The notes under the pieces: model-generated | What the model was told of the DNA's origin: nothing | Seen by the model: only the letters and a program-made list of their open reading frames with translations | Databases searched by the model: none | Assembly: GCF_963921235.1 (NCBI RefSeq) | Contig: NC_086108.1 | Location: 24,242,001 to 24,306,000, forward strand | Source of the DNA: Mobula hypostoma | Lineage: Eukaryota | DNA length: 64,000 bases | Direction: 5' to 3' | Shown here: piece by piece, positions 51,997 through 64,000 of the stretch | Layout of the letters: every line of letters starts with the position of its first letter | Position numbering within the stretch: position 1 is the stretch's first letter | Translations under genes and position numbers: made by a program

Positions 51997-53081
51997 CAGA
52001 CATCCCACCTCTCCCGGAAGTTCTGGGAGTCTCCCGCATATTGATAGCGGCTCCCTGACGCCCGCAAATTATATACAATATCCCGGAAATCGATTTTTTT
52101 TTGAGAGCAATAGCGAGTGAGGGGAGAGGGAGGGGGGCGAGAGAGAGAGAGAGACAGACAGATGTAACGCGAGGGTGACAGAGAGAGCATCATGATTGGT
52201 CTCTCTGTGCAAAGTAGACCTATCAGTTTTCTCTGTGGGCGGGGCTCTCTCTTTCATTGTCCATCAGTTCAGTTTAGTGTCCTGCAGCACCATGGCAGAG
52301 TGTTCCAAAAAAAGAAAATATAAAACGTACTTCACCCCAGACTGCATTAAAGTGTACCCCTGCCTAATAGGGGTCAAAAATAATGACAGTGTTGCTCACT
52401 GCACTGTTTGCAACAGTGACCTTTCTATTGCCCATGGTGGGTTAAATGACTGTAAAAGACATGTTGAGATGAGATTAACAGATGTCATTCGTTCATTAGC
52501 ATCGCTAACGTTATTTAAACTAGCTGGCTAGCTGCTAAGGAGCCACTCTATTGAAGTCCTACGTGATGAGGCCAAATTCCCTGTAGAGTTGCTGAAAGTT
52601 GTAACAGAATAAAAAAATGACTCCGATAATATAAGTACATATTTTAATGTCATATTTTCTGCATAAGACAATATAATAAGGATACACCTTATGCTTTTAG
52701 GGACCACAACATATTAGGGAGGCTAAACGCAGGGAAGGCTGCTCAAGTATTTCACAGTTCTTTTCAGCAGAAAGCCAAAGTCTGACAGAGAAGGTCACTA
52801 GAGCTGAGGTGTACTTTACATCTTTCATCGTTGAGCATAACCTGCCATTCCAGGTGTGTAAGCATACAGGCAAGCTATTCAGGAAAATACTCAACAAGGA
52901 ATATATGTGTATGTAAATAGTTTCAATATGTGATCAAATAAATTGTTGTGTTCTTTCATAATCAAATGTTCTGTATACATACATCCTTGGAGATCAACTG
53001 GGGGGGGTGACATGGGGTTGCAGGGGGCGGGGATGGTGGTGCTACCTCCATGAAATGAGTTTTTGCAGGGTGGGATGTCAG
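51997..53081 (+). mobile_element. Non-autonomous hAT DNA transposon (internal deletion derivative)
   Basis: TIRs cagacatcccacc / ggtgggatgtcag (1 mismatch); flanking tgcatt(ca) duplication; transposase N-terminal remnants inside. Confidence 0.8.
52292..52853 (+). pseudogene. Two-exon transposase N-terminus (52292-52468, 52701-52853) with BED-like zinc finger
   Basis: MAECSKKRKY...CTVCNSDLSIAHGGLNDCKRHVE | GPQH...KVTRAEVYFTSFIVEHNLPFQ; acceptor ttttag at 52695-52700; first donor reads AT instead of GT. Confidence 0.72.
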
Positions 53082-55024
53082 TGCATTCAATCTTCAGCAC
53101 ATGATTGATTGCTCATGCCTGCCAGAGTGCCTGGAGAGGGGCAATATGTACTCATTCACCATGAAATGACTGATGCATGAACATTACAGAGTTTATGTTT
53201 CATTTGTCTCCCCTTTTCAGGTAGGGAAAGAAATACAGCAAATAATTGGAATTATAAGCAAATTGGCACAATTATGTTCTCAGAAAAACATTGTTAAGTA
53301 TTTTTTCTGAAGTTTTGTATAATTCTTTTGAGTTATGTTTGTTTGAAACCATGAAAAAAGGCTGCTTTCACCCACATAGCTTGTATGATCAAAGCATTAA
53401 AGCTGCATGGAAACAGTGCCATAATTGTAACTGTGTGGATGCATAGTACTGTTGACAAAATAAGTTGATAGTTTATTGGAGCATTTTTATATTTTGTGTT
53501 ATATTCTTGATAGTTTATAACTGAGATGTTCCAATGGAATATCAGAAATGATAGTTAAACTAAAAAAAAGCCTGAGTGTTAAATGAATAACAGTATAAAC
53601 AAGAAAGGAATTGAACTTGATTTAATGCACATCTCATTGCCTATTGTTATACAGTTAACTGGATGTACTGTAATTTATTGTGATTCACCATAAAATGGTC
53701 GATGCATGAAAATTACAGAGTTTATGTTTCACTTGTCTCCCCTTTTCAGGGTACTACAATAGGTGGAAGCGACTAAGGGCTAAAAAAAAGATGGAATCTG
53801 ATAGGAGAGGACAGTGGACATTGAAATAAAGACAGGAGGTGGCAGGAGTAATTTGGGCGGAATGTGTTGGTGATGGGCAGATGGAGAGGGGAAAGAGATT
53901 GGGTGAGAACATAGATCTATTTGCTCCAATGCCTATCTATTATCCTGACCTTTGCCTTAATAACATGTGACTGAAGTTTGCAGATGGGCAGATGACCAAA
54001 AAGGTCGTCAGTGCCACATTTCCACAGCGTCTTGGTTGGTAGGTTCAGTTATAAATATTGTTCTGGATAGAGTGGCTTCTAATTTAAGCTTCGGATTTAA
54101 GAGAAAATATTGGATATCATGAACAATATCCATCAGACACAGGGGATCATACACTTGAACTACTTAAACCAATGTACATATGATACAAATTATGCAAATA
54201 TGGAAATTCAATGCCCTCGCACACATTGCTATTCCACTGAGTCCTGGAAACCACCAGCATAGTATCTTATAATATGGCATTTGGTCATTTATTATTTTTC
54301 TCTACAGTTGAAAAATATTATGCATTCATTAACATATATCATAAAGAAAACGTGACTTCTCATAATGCCCGTAAGAAATCAAAATAAGCACGGTTGTGTA
54401 TTCATACTTTGTAAACCAGAACATTTAAAGTATGTCAAAATTACTTAATTGGTTCTGAATGCTGTCATGTTGTTACAAAGATTTCCTGGCAGTCAATGTG
54501 AGGTCAGCAAGACACTATAAGCAGTGGTGAAACCAATAACTAAGTAATGTGGTTTGATAATGCAACTCCGTGGGTTTATACTTCAGATACAATTCCACTG
54601 CCCACACTTGCCTTCTTATTTTTTATATACTTATTCCAGTAGGTTGACTCCTTTTCCAAAAGCTGTCACATATCTTAGTGAAGTGTGATAACTACCACCA
54701 GTGATGGTTAGATAACTTTCAATATAAAAAATGCTCTAAAGACTCAACTATTATAAAAGCCCAGACGGACTTCTCATGCCTTGTGAAGGGTAAGTTCTGT
54801 AGTTTCTGCATTAAAAAAAGGTTCCTGATCATGGAAAGTTACTGATTTAGAAAATCATTTTTAACGCATTGTTTGGGCTATGGTAATTCTGATGCAGTAC
54901 CACAGTTATGTCCCTAAGAAATCTTGCATTACAGAAAATCACACTATGAAAACAATTATGTCAATGGGATAAAGAGTTTCAGACTTGCAAGAACAAACTT
55001 ATTTTTCCTTGCATGATTTTCAGG

Positions 55025-55365
55025 TTTAAAGGTTCTGGGAGAAGGTTCAGGAGCTTGAAGACTCGTACGGCCAGATTTGGGAACAGCTTCTTTCCAACTG
55101 TGATAAGACTGCTGAATGGATCCTGACCCAGATCTGGGCCATACCTTCCAAATATCCAGACCTACCTCTTGGTTTTTTTGCACTACCTTACTTCCCATTT
55201 TTCTATTTTCTATTTATGATTTATAATTTAAATTTTTAATATTTACTAATTTTAACTATTTTTAATATCTTTAATATTTAATATTTGTAATCCAGGGAGT
55301 GTGATGATTGTATGTTCTAGTACCAATTGTTTGGCGACAATGAAGTATAAAGTAAAATAAAATAC
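55025..55365 (+). mobile_element. Rex1/Babar 3' end
   Basis: SGRRFRSLKTRTARFGNSFFPTVIRLLN followed by an AT-rich UTR. Confidence 0.75.
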
Positions 55366-55971
55366 GAAAGGCTGTATGTTTATTAAAGGTCGATAGAAGT
55401 AACTGTTCGCCAACTTCCAATTGCCTTCCACAGTGAGATGAGCAGCCTATACTCTTAAGAGACAGTGGTGTCTGATTACTTCAGGGAGGTAACATGGAAA
55501 GAGCTTTTTTCCTCAACACTGTCTCTTTTCTGGTAGTTTTTTTTCAGCTTGGCATTTCCAAACTAGCTCTTTAAGTGGTTCCCTAGTTCCCAAATAAAAT
55601 TGCATTATAACCAGTTCACTCTGCAATACACTGTAGTCCCCAAATCATCAAGTGTATTATATTAATTTTCCATTACAGAAACAACCTTTAAAGCAGAACT
55701 ACCTTATTTGGTTCATGTAAAAAAAACTTAACTGCATGGATAACTAATTGAGAAAGTTATGGCACATTAACCACTGATCTACACAGGAATATTCTGTCTT
55801 TCTACTTTCCTTAAATGTTGTTAACTCAGACACAAGGGTGGTCTCATAGAGCTCCACGAAGAATGATCAGGTATTACCTTTGTGGAAAAAGGTGTATAAC
55901 AATAAGTCCCTTCATAGGTCGTCTGGCAAACTTAATCGATCTCAAACACGACAGAGATAGAGTCTCTAGAC

Positions 55972-56051
55972 CAAGGGTTCCTAACCATTTTTATGCAATG
56001 AGCCCCTACCATTAACCGAGGGGTCTGTGGACCCCATGTTGTGAACCCCTG
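55972..56051. mobile_element. 80-bp hAT (Charlie-like) MITE
   Basis: Ends caagggttcctaac / gttgtgaacccctg; flanks ctctagac / ctctattc resemble an 8-bp NTCTAGAN TSD. Confidence 0.65.
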
Positions 56052-56682
56052 CTCTATTCTCTATTCTAATTGCTAGCAGCCTCCTTGTATTGGGAAAGAG
56101 AAAACATAGTCTATTGTCTATGGGCTTAACCACGTCTTTCACGGCTCCTTTCCTCATGCCAAATAAAGTATTACTATTAAGGCACTCTTCAACACGATGA
56201 CTTCAGAGGCACAATGTTCAGCTTCAATAAATGCCTGAAGCATTTAAGAGAAGCAAAGCTGTTTTATTTCAGACTAACCTCTGAGCTTGCACTAACGGGT
56301 TAGGGAATAAACATGCACTGAAGTGCCACAATATGTATGAATACTGTTACTTAATAGTTAGTAGGTTGTTCGATGCCCCAAATGCCACTACAGTGCCTTG
56401 TCTTATGTGGATCAAGTGATTTAAGTAATTCACTATCTGAGAAACCCTTTGATAAAGTTCCTTTTACTTCACCAGAAATATAAGGAAATCTTTCAGAGCT
56501 CTTTTACATTCTTTAATAAACAAACAAGGATAACTATCCTACTATTCAGCTTTTTCTCAGAACCTGTGCAAAAATGTATATGTTGTGTTATATCTCTATG
56601 ATTGGGTAAGAGGAATGAAATATTCATCTGAATTGGCTCATTGTAACCAAGAGACTTCTCTGCAGAGCTTCTGAATATGTGT

Positions 56683-56845
56683 CACAAACAAGAGAAAATC
56701 TGCAGGTGCTGGAAATCCAAGCAACGCACACAAAATGCTGGAGGAACTCAGCAGGCCAAGCAGCATCTATGGAAAAAAGTTGAACCGAAACTTCGACTGT
56801 ACTCCTTTCCATAGATGCTGCCTGGCCTGCTGAGTTCCTCCGGCA
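56683..56845. mobile_element. Mini-palindromic PLE insertion
   Basis: 14-bp TSD ttctgaa(t/g)atgtgt at 56669-56682 and 56846-56859; about 40-bp inverted arms; only the 3' half of the hammerhead remains. Confidence 0.82.
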
Positions 56846-57564
56846 TTCTGAAGATGTGTGTTTATTTTTATGAAATAGTGATCAGGCTGCAAATTGGTAA
56901 TTACATTCTCACTTAAACTAGATTTTGCTATATTTATCTCTCTCAAATGACGCATTATTTGAATGATACAGGTTAGGTAAGTCGAGATATACGAAGCCTG
57001 AAAGAAATAGTTTGTCCTCTTTTAAAGATGGAGACTCAGTACAAATGAATAGAAATGATGCATGCTTCCAGCTTATGTGGTGTTTTGTATGCTACTTTTG
57101 AACAGCTGAATACAGATTGTCTTACAAGTGGAAAACAGTTCTTTCCCCAGTTGTCACCATTTCCCTTGGGACAAGCTCTTGGAAGATGAGCTGAAAAGAG
57201 CCCAAGCATGTTAAGCAGCAAATGCACATAGTAATAAACACAGCTCAATGGCAGAACTGTTATGTCCAGTCCATGATTGTGATGAACGTATATTGCCAGA
57301 TGTAAAATATTCACTTAGATGACTGTCTCCAAGCACCTCTTGAACGATTCTTTACAAATCTTCACAGCTGCCACATAGCTTCTTCAGCTGTCTCAATATC
57401 TATCTCTGTCTCATGTTTCATTATACAATGAATACGTTAAAAATTACATATACTTAATTGCAACATTTAAACTTGCCTTAGTTTTTGTTTTTCATTCAGT
57501 CCTCCTAACTCAGCAAACTTGAATCTGTATTTTGCCTTTTTATTTTTCAGTTTATTTTCAGTAT

Positions 57565-58570
57565 CTGGTTGCACTGGCAAGGGCAAAATTTATTACCCAT
57601 TCATCGCTGTCCTTGAGAAGATGGTAGTGTGCTTCTTGTGATAGTGCTGATTGGTTGGAAGTTCCAAGATTTAACCTGGTTACAATAATGGTTACAAGAT
57701 GCACTGCAACCACACACCAGAGTTCCTAAGGCAACACCTTCCAGACCCACGACCACTACCAAGAACGACAAGAATAACAGATACCAGGGAACACCACCAC
57801 TTGGAAATCCCTCTGCAAGTCACTCACCATCCGTACTTGGAAACTTATCGCTGTTCCTTCATTGTCACTGCATCAAAATCATGGAATTCCATCCCTACCA
57901 GCACTGTCGGTGTACCTACACCTCAGGAACTGCAACGGTTCAAGACAGTTCATCACCACTTTCTCAAGGGCAACCAGGGATGAGCAATAAATGCTGGCTT
58001 AGCTGGTGATACCCACATCCTGTAAATGAATAAATTTAAAAAATGGACCAATAATACATTTGTAAGTCAGTGTGGAGTGTACAATTCCAGGGAATCTTAA
58101 AAGGCAGTGTTCCAATATACCTGTTGCCATTGCACTTATTGGTGGCAGAGGTTATGGGCTTGGGAAGTGATGTTGGAAAACCGGGACAAATATCTGGCTT
58201 GCATTTTGAAGATGGTGCACACTGTAGCCACTAGCTGCCATTTATGGAAGGAATGGATGTTTAGGACAGTTGATAGGGTGCCATTCAATCAGGGTGATTT
58301 GAGTTAGATAATTCTGAGCTTTCTGATCGTTCAAGAAATTTGAGAGTTTTCCATTCCAATGCTACCATTTAAATGATGGAAGGACCTTTGGATGTCAGGG
58401 GTGAGTCATTCACAACAAAATACTTACTCTTATGTCACTGGTGCAGCTGAATTCTCCAGTCAGCGTTAATTTCCAGAATGTGGATGGAGGGAAAACAGGT
58501 TAATGAAGATGTTACTGAAAGTCGAAGGGAGTGGTTAGACTATACCTTGGTGGAGATGATCATTGCCTGG
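57565..58570. mobile_element. CR1/L2-group LINE fragments (minus copy interrupted by a plus 3' end at ~57700-58040)
   Basis: LRQHLPDPRPLP...KSWNSIP...HHFLKGN; tail aataaatgctggcttagctggtgatacccacatcc. Confidence 0.65.
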
Positions 58571-58626
58571 TAGTTTTAGAATCATAGAGGGATACAGGAC
58601 AAAACAGTTGCTTCCTTCGGTCCAAT

Positions 58627-58760
58627 CACAAACAAGAGAAAATCTGCAGATTCTGGAATCCCAAGCAACACACACAAAATGCTGGAGGAACTTAGCAGCC
58701 TAGGCAGCATCTGGCCCATTCTCGACCCAAACGTCGACTGTACTCTTTTCCATAGATGCT
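58627..58760. mobile_element. Mini inverted PLE remnant within a CR1 tail
   Basis: cacaaacaagagaaaatctgcaga...ggcagcatct then aaacgtcgactgtactcttttccatagatgc. Confidence 0.7.
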
Positions 58761-60447
58761 TGTCTGAGAGAGTAACTCGAGCAGCTGCACCACTTTACCA
58801 CTCTCAGTGTTACTTGCTACTTATAAGCTAATGGCTGAATGTTCATAGAGCCATGAATTGAATCATGCAGTCACACAGCATAGAAATAAGCCCACCATAT
58901 CCTTCTTTACTAATCCAATATCCCAAAACTCTTCCACAGATTCAAAGCTATGACTTCACAATCTTACAGCCATAAACTGCCTGCAGCACCACTTCCAATT
59001 TTAAATTCTTCCTTACATCCACTCTAAATCTCCTCTTCTTTATCTTAAACCTATGCCCCCTGTTTACTGTCACCTCTACTATAAGGAACAGTTTCTCACT
59101 ATTAATGCTCCTGATAATTTCTACACCCTAGTCTTCCATCAGTCTTCTCTACTCCAAAGAAAAGCAACATACCCCAGTCTACCCTAGTCTCTGCTTATAG
59201 CTTCAATGTTCCATAGTTGGCATCATCCTGGTAAGTTTCCTATTCATTCCCTCCAATACAATCATATCCTTTATCAAGTTCTTCTTACATCCAGGAATGG
59301 ACTACTTCACTTGCTGATCAGTTGAAAATGGAATTAAATATTGAGCATCATCACCAAATATCTTCATTTTAGTCCATAGGATAAAAGGAAAGATATTTTT
59401 TGGTTAGGTGTTTTGAGATTTGTCAAAATTTTCACAAGACTTCCAGGAACCTTATTGCAAGATGCCCGAAAATAAAATCTTCTAACCAGAACCCACAATG
59501 CAAATGAGGATTTGAGCAGATGGTTGCAACGATCAATTTAGCATAGGCTCCTGAACAACAAGGATAAATCTTCTTTTCAATTTATGCCTTCATGTGCAAA
59601 TTAATGTTTCACAAAACTTTCATTCATTCCATTATGTCTGTTGAAAGTACATTCATTTTAATGCCAAGGATGTCCTCCTTAAAAAAAATATAATTACAAT
59701 TCTTTTGTCTTTCATATACAACCCACTCCACCTTCTGCCCCTAGTTCCTCCAGTTCCAATTTCCCTGAATCATTTATTCTTATTGAAGCCCTGTATCCAC
59801 CAACTCAGTGAGCAGAGCCTCAGTAAATTTACTTGTAAAGTGAAAAAGATGTGACTGTTATTAAATTGCCAAGCTGTAATGGAGATCTGCATTGTTAGGT
59901 CACCCACCATCCAGCCTGGTCCCTGAGCAGCAGACACCTACACACTTGGAGCAATTTCATTCGTTTTAAAGCAGGTGGTGATTTATTGAGCTCTCCAAGG
60001 ATTCAACCCATTGAAGTATGCTGGTAGTAGTCTATGCATTGAGGGCAGATACTGGAACTAGACTTGAAATTGCAGAGTTAAGAAGTGAGCTAAATTCATA
60101 GCCGAATCTTGCAAATGAGTTGCAGAACCCAGGGAGTAAATCAATACACAGAAGACTAGGACAGAATTTTGTATGCAGAGCTGAATTCCAGGCACTGGTC
60201 TGAAAACCCCCAATTGAATCTTGATGGAAAACTTTGAACTTCCCTGAAAAAACTTGACCAGTTTCAAATTGCAATGTGGCAAGTGGGAATCCTCTCTGAT
60301 ATCTTTGGCATGCCTTCAAAGACTGCAGGGCATCTAAAAGCCTTCACGCTTCTATTTCCTAATGAAGCACTCAAGTAAAAACAAGAACTCAGGGGCTGGA
60401 TGTCGATGAAGGGGAGGTGCTGGCAGTGATATCTTGAACAAGAGGCA

Positions 60448-60775
60448 ATGCGGTAATGTAGCAGTCAGCATATCATTTTACAGCACCAACGATCACCAAT
60501 CAGGGTCCAATTTCTGCCACTGTCTGTAAGAGTTTGTAAGTTCTCCTCATGATGGGGTAGGTTTCCTCCAGGTGCTCTGGTTTCCTCCCACATTCCAAAG
60601 ACGGATGGGTAGGGTTGTCAGTTATGGACATGTTGTGGCCACTGGAAGCATGGTAGCATGTGCGAGCTGGCCAACACAATTCTTGTTAATTTGATTTGAT
60701 GCAAAATGACTCATTTTCACCGTGCATTTTGTTGTTTTGATGTACATATGATAAATAAAGCTAATCTTTCTTTCT
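60448..60775 (+). mobile_element. V-SINE-type element
   Basis: cggtaatgtagcagtcagc head; ggtttcctccaggtgctctggtttcctcccacattccaaagac; aataaag and (cttt)n tail. Confidence 0.75.
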
Positions 60776-61119
60776 TTCCGTAATCACTAAGTTTGAAGCT
60801 GTGATTAAGTTGTGTCACTCAGCATCATCTCTCAAGCTCTTCTAGCCGAGTACACATAATTTCTTCCATTGTCTGGAAAACAAACTACAGACCGTTACAC
60901 TGCTGTGAAGTCTCTATCTTTGATGAGTGATGCTAAGACTATTCTTTCCAACAGCAATTATACTATCTCACCAAGCAATTCTATCCCTCCACTAATTTTC
61001 TTTGTGAACCTACTTCCCTACAATCCCCTCATCTGTCACTCACTTACATACGAGGGGCAATCTGCAACAGTCAATAAACCTACCAACTCACACAACTTTG
61101 GAATGTAAGAGGAAACCGT

Positions 61120-61590
61120 GGAAGATGCTGGAATCTGGAGCAACTCAGCAGGTTAAGCAGAATCTCTGGTGGGAAGAAATTGTTGAAGTTTCAGGGTGAA
61201 ACCCTGCATTAAGACCGAGGATGGCAGGGAAGATAGCTAGTAGGAAGAGGAGAGAAGCACCGGTGATTGATATTATGTGGACTGAAGAGGGGTGAACGAT
61301 GGTGATAAGGCTTAGCTCGGGAGGGTGGCATTGGGAGAGAGAGAGAGAGAGAGGTGGATGATGGATGAAGGTAGAGAAAAAAATGCTTATGAACTCACTT
61401 ACTCCTACAGTTTCCCAACATCCTTTAGCCCTCCTCTTTATAACGGACATCCACCCTCTCCTCCCTCGGTACAGATGCAGGGCTTCAAACCTGAAATATT
61501 GACAATTCCCCCCTCCCCTGGCCCCTCAACCACACTTCTCTTGCCTGTACAGATGCTGCCAACCCACTGATTTCCACAAGCAAATTGTTA
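61120..61590. mobile_element. Degenerate inverted PLE inserted in a minus-strand V-SINE (~61040-61690)
   Basis: agatgctggaatctggagcaac...gtttcagggtgaaaccctgcat versus gatgcagggcttcaaacctgaaa...agatgctgcc. Confidence 0.6.
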
Positions 61591-62284
61591 GTCATTGGGA
61601 AAATGTACACTCTCCATATTGACAGCCTAGGAGGTCAGATTGAACCTAGATCATTGTCTCTGTGAGGCTAGTGGTTCTGCTAGCTTTACCATCGTGTTTT
61701 CACCGAAAACAAAAGCTAAGCAGCCTTACCTTACACTTAGATTTTACTGATGGAAGTACAGATCATTAGGTATTAACATGTTTACAAATAAATATGAATT
61801 TATTACTTTGTAAGTAATGAATGGCTCCCTTCAAACTACCAAGTTAAAAAGTAGATCCTGACCAACTGCTGCTTAATCACTCAGAGTGTAATGATCATTC
61901 TTTTGAAATCAGGCCTGTGTTCAGTTGTTTGTTCTCAGCCTGTACTGCCACTAGAGAGGAGAAAATAAAACCAGTCTGGGTCTTGCTTCAGTGCAACGAC
62001 CTCTATAAAAAAAGGAAAGAGATGAAATATCTTCGGACGCTGAGGCAAAAATGGACACTTGTCAGTAAGGGAGATAGCTGCATACAAGAAACGGACAAGT
62101 GATTTATGTGACTTAGGTATCTTTGCAGTTATAGAAGTTCAGTTTCAGGGCAGCTGTGTCCATGGGCACTGCATCAGAGTGATGTCTTGTAAACTTCTGT
62201 CAGAGATGGGGGAGAGGGGGACATAATGCTGAGTGGATCTGCAAGTCAACTGATCTTGCTATCTTGAGTTATGTGGTAGTATGT

Positions 62285-62432
62285 TTTAAGAGACTCCTGG
62301 ATAGGTACATGGAACTTAGAAAAATTGAGGGCTATGGGTAACCTTAGGTAATTTCTAAGTAAGTTCATGTTCGGCACAGCATTGTGGGCCCAAGGGCCTG
62401 TATTGTGCTGTAAGTTTTCTATTGTTTCTATA
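62285..62432 (+). mobile_element. CR1 3' tail
   Basis: Near-identical to 26374-26520. Confidence 0.85.
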
Positions 62433-64000
62433 TTGCTGCCAATATTTTCTGCCATGACTCATTATTATTTTATCTCCTTCTTAAGTCTCCCAGGGAATCC
62501 CACACCAAAGTAGCTTCAGGAATAGATTTCAATGTAGAATTCCAGTAAGGAAAATAAGTTGAGAAAATAGAAGTTATAATTCACCTCACAAAACTCAGGG
62601 AAATGTTGTTGCTCTTAACTTTTCTCTTCCATCTGAATCAAGCAACAGGGGACCTGTCATATTACTTTCAATTTTTCTAGAGTGTTATAGTGGCATAAAA
62701 TCACATTAATATTCAAACAAAAACTGCAGTACTTGGCCGTATAGATCAGCAAAGCTGTCAAAAATAGAGGAAACAAATTGCAAGTGCTCATTGGGAACTT
62801 GTACTTATGTAGTTCCCCTGGAGATATTGGTATAGATGTCCCAACACCTGGTAAAAGAGGCAGTGAATTAAAAGGGATAGATGCAAAATTCCACAACTTT
62901 GCAGCTGAAGCCAAGGGAGATCATATTTTGGTAGTAAATTATGAATTTTCTTATTTTTATAAGTTCAATAACTGCAATATGGATCATGAATGATTTAAAG
63001 GAAGGGAATTTAGGACCAAGAACATTGGACTGATTGTGACATCTACTAGAGACAAGTGGCCAAGTGATGCACAAGATATCACAAACGTTTGTAGATATGT
63101 AAAACAGTTGTGGGAGCAATGTGAGGTCTGTCAATAAAAAAAAGTGGAAGTATTTAAAGAAAAAGCTATAAGACTAAGCTAAACATAACCCCATTTTCAG
63201 GACAGGGTGAAAAAAAAGAAATTAAATAACAATGGCCATGCAGGTTTGCCTATGTTGGGCAAAAACATAGTAAATTGGTGGCAGTTATACGTCATGTGGA
63301 TTCAGAGCTGTCTACTAATACACTAATCATAAACAATAGCTGAACACTGAGACGCATGGAAGAATTTGAAAATAATTGAATGTGGAAAATGTTCCAATGA
63401 TAAACTCATTCTGCCAAATATAATAGCTTTGTTCATATTTCTGGTTATTTGAGTTCAGAGCTTGGTTGATTAATCTATTGAAACACCTTTAAATGTGTAT
63501 TAAATGACTAATTCTGCAGTATGGGCACATTATCTCTGGTTCAATAAGATTTGAATATATATTTTTTCATCAACATTCTTAATTCTGCAGGACAATGGGA
63601 GTTGCAGGGCATAGTCAGAACTGGAGACAAATATTGATTTCTTTCCTGTTAACATGCTTTCTCAGGCTCATGCTGTGCAGTAGAGAATGCTTAGATTATT
63701 AAGAGTCAAATTCTGATGATATTACATTAACCTTATAGCAAGAATAAAAAAATAAATGATGTTCTAGATTTGGGATCTTTTTCATAATGTAACAGCATGA
63801 ATAGTCTAAGAACTGCTTAACACAATCCTTAAAACAATGCGGCTTTTTAAAAAAAAGTACCTCAGGGCAAATTTTCTGGGTGATCTACAACATCAATATT
63901 TGAGGTCATAATTATACTTAGTCACTTTCTTCAGCCAGGAATCTGGTATTCATCTCATACCAAATTTTAAAAGTAGATACTTCATTTAAATACCTATCGT

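Noticed and set aside
59820..60380. Possible coding exon in unique sequence
   Set aside because: Only short ORFs, no recognisable motif and no convincing splice pair.

Overview
Eukaryotic, repeat-dominated, AT-rich DNA that looks intronic or intergenic. I could not support any intact host protein-coding gene. The repeat mix (Penelope-like elements, CR1, Rex1/Babar, RTE, fish-type L1, V-SINEs) suggests a cartilaginous fish, probably a ray; this is an inference. Main contents: (i) many Penelope-like element (PLE) insertions built as head-to-head palindromes from about 160 bp to 3.4 kb, several with target-site duplications (TSDs) and minimal type I hammerhead ribozyme motifs; (ii) a full-length, frameshifted RTE LINE at 34831-38669 with a 10-bp TSD; (iii) a three-level nest Rex/Babar <- L1 <- inverted PLE at 44740-50650; (iv) a solo LTR, a hAT deletion derivative with a spliced transposase remnant, a hAT MITE, SINEs and CR1/Rex fragments. 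The most unusual item is at 7571-7748: a 178-bp, CpG-rich fragment of ZFTRAF1/CYHR1 coding sequence that is circularly permuted. Joining its two ends restores [22 protein letters not shown] exactly. It is inserted without a TSD inside an RTE-tailed retroposon, which itself sits in a Rex/Babar RT motif. This pattern is what reintegration of a small circular DNA would leave. Family assignments come from motif recognition by eye, and boundaries of old repeats are approximate.
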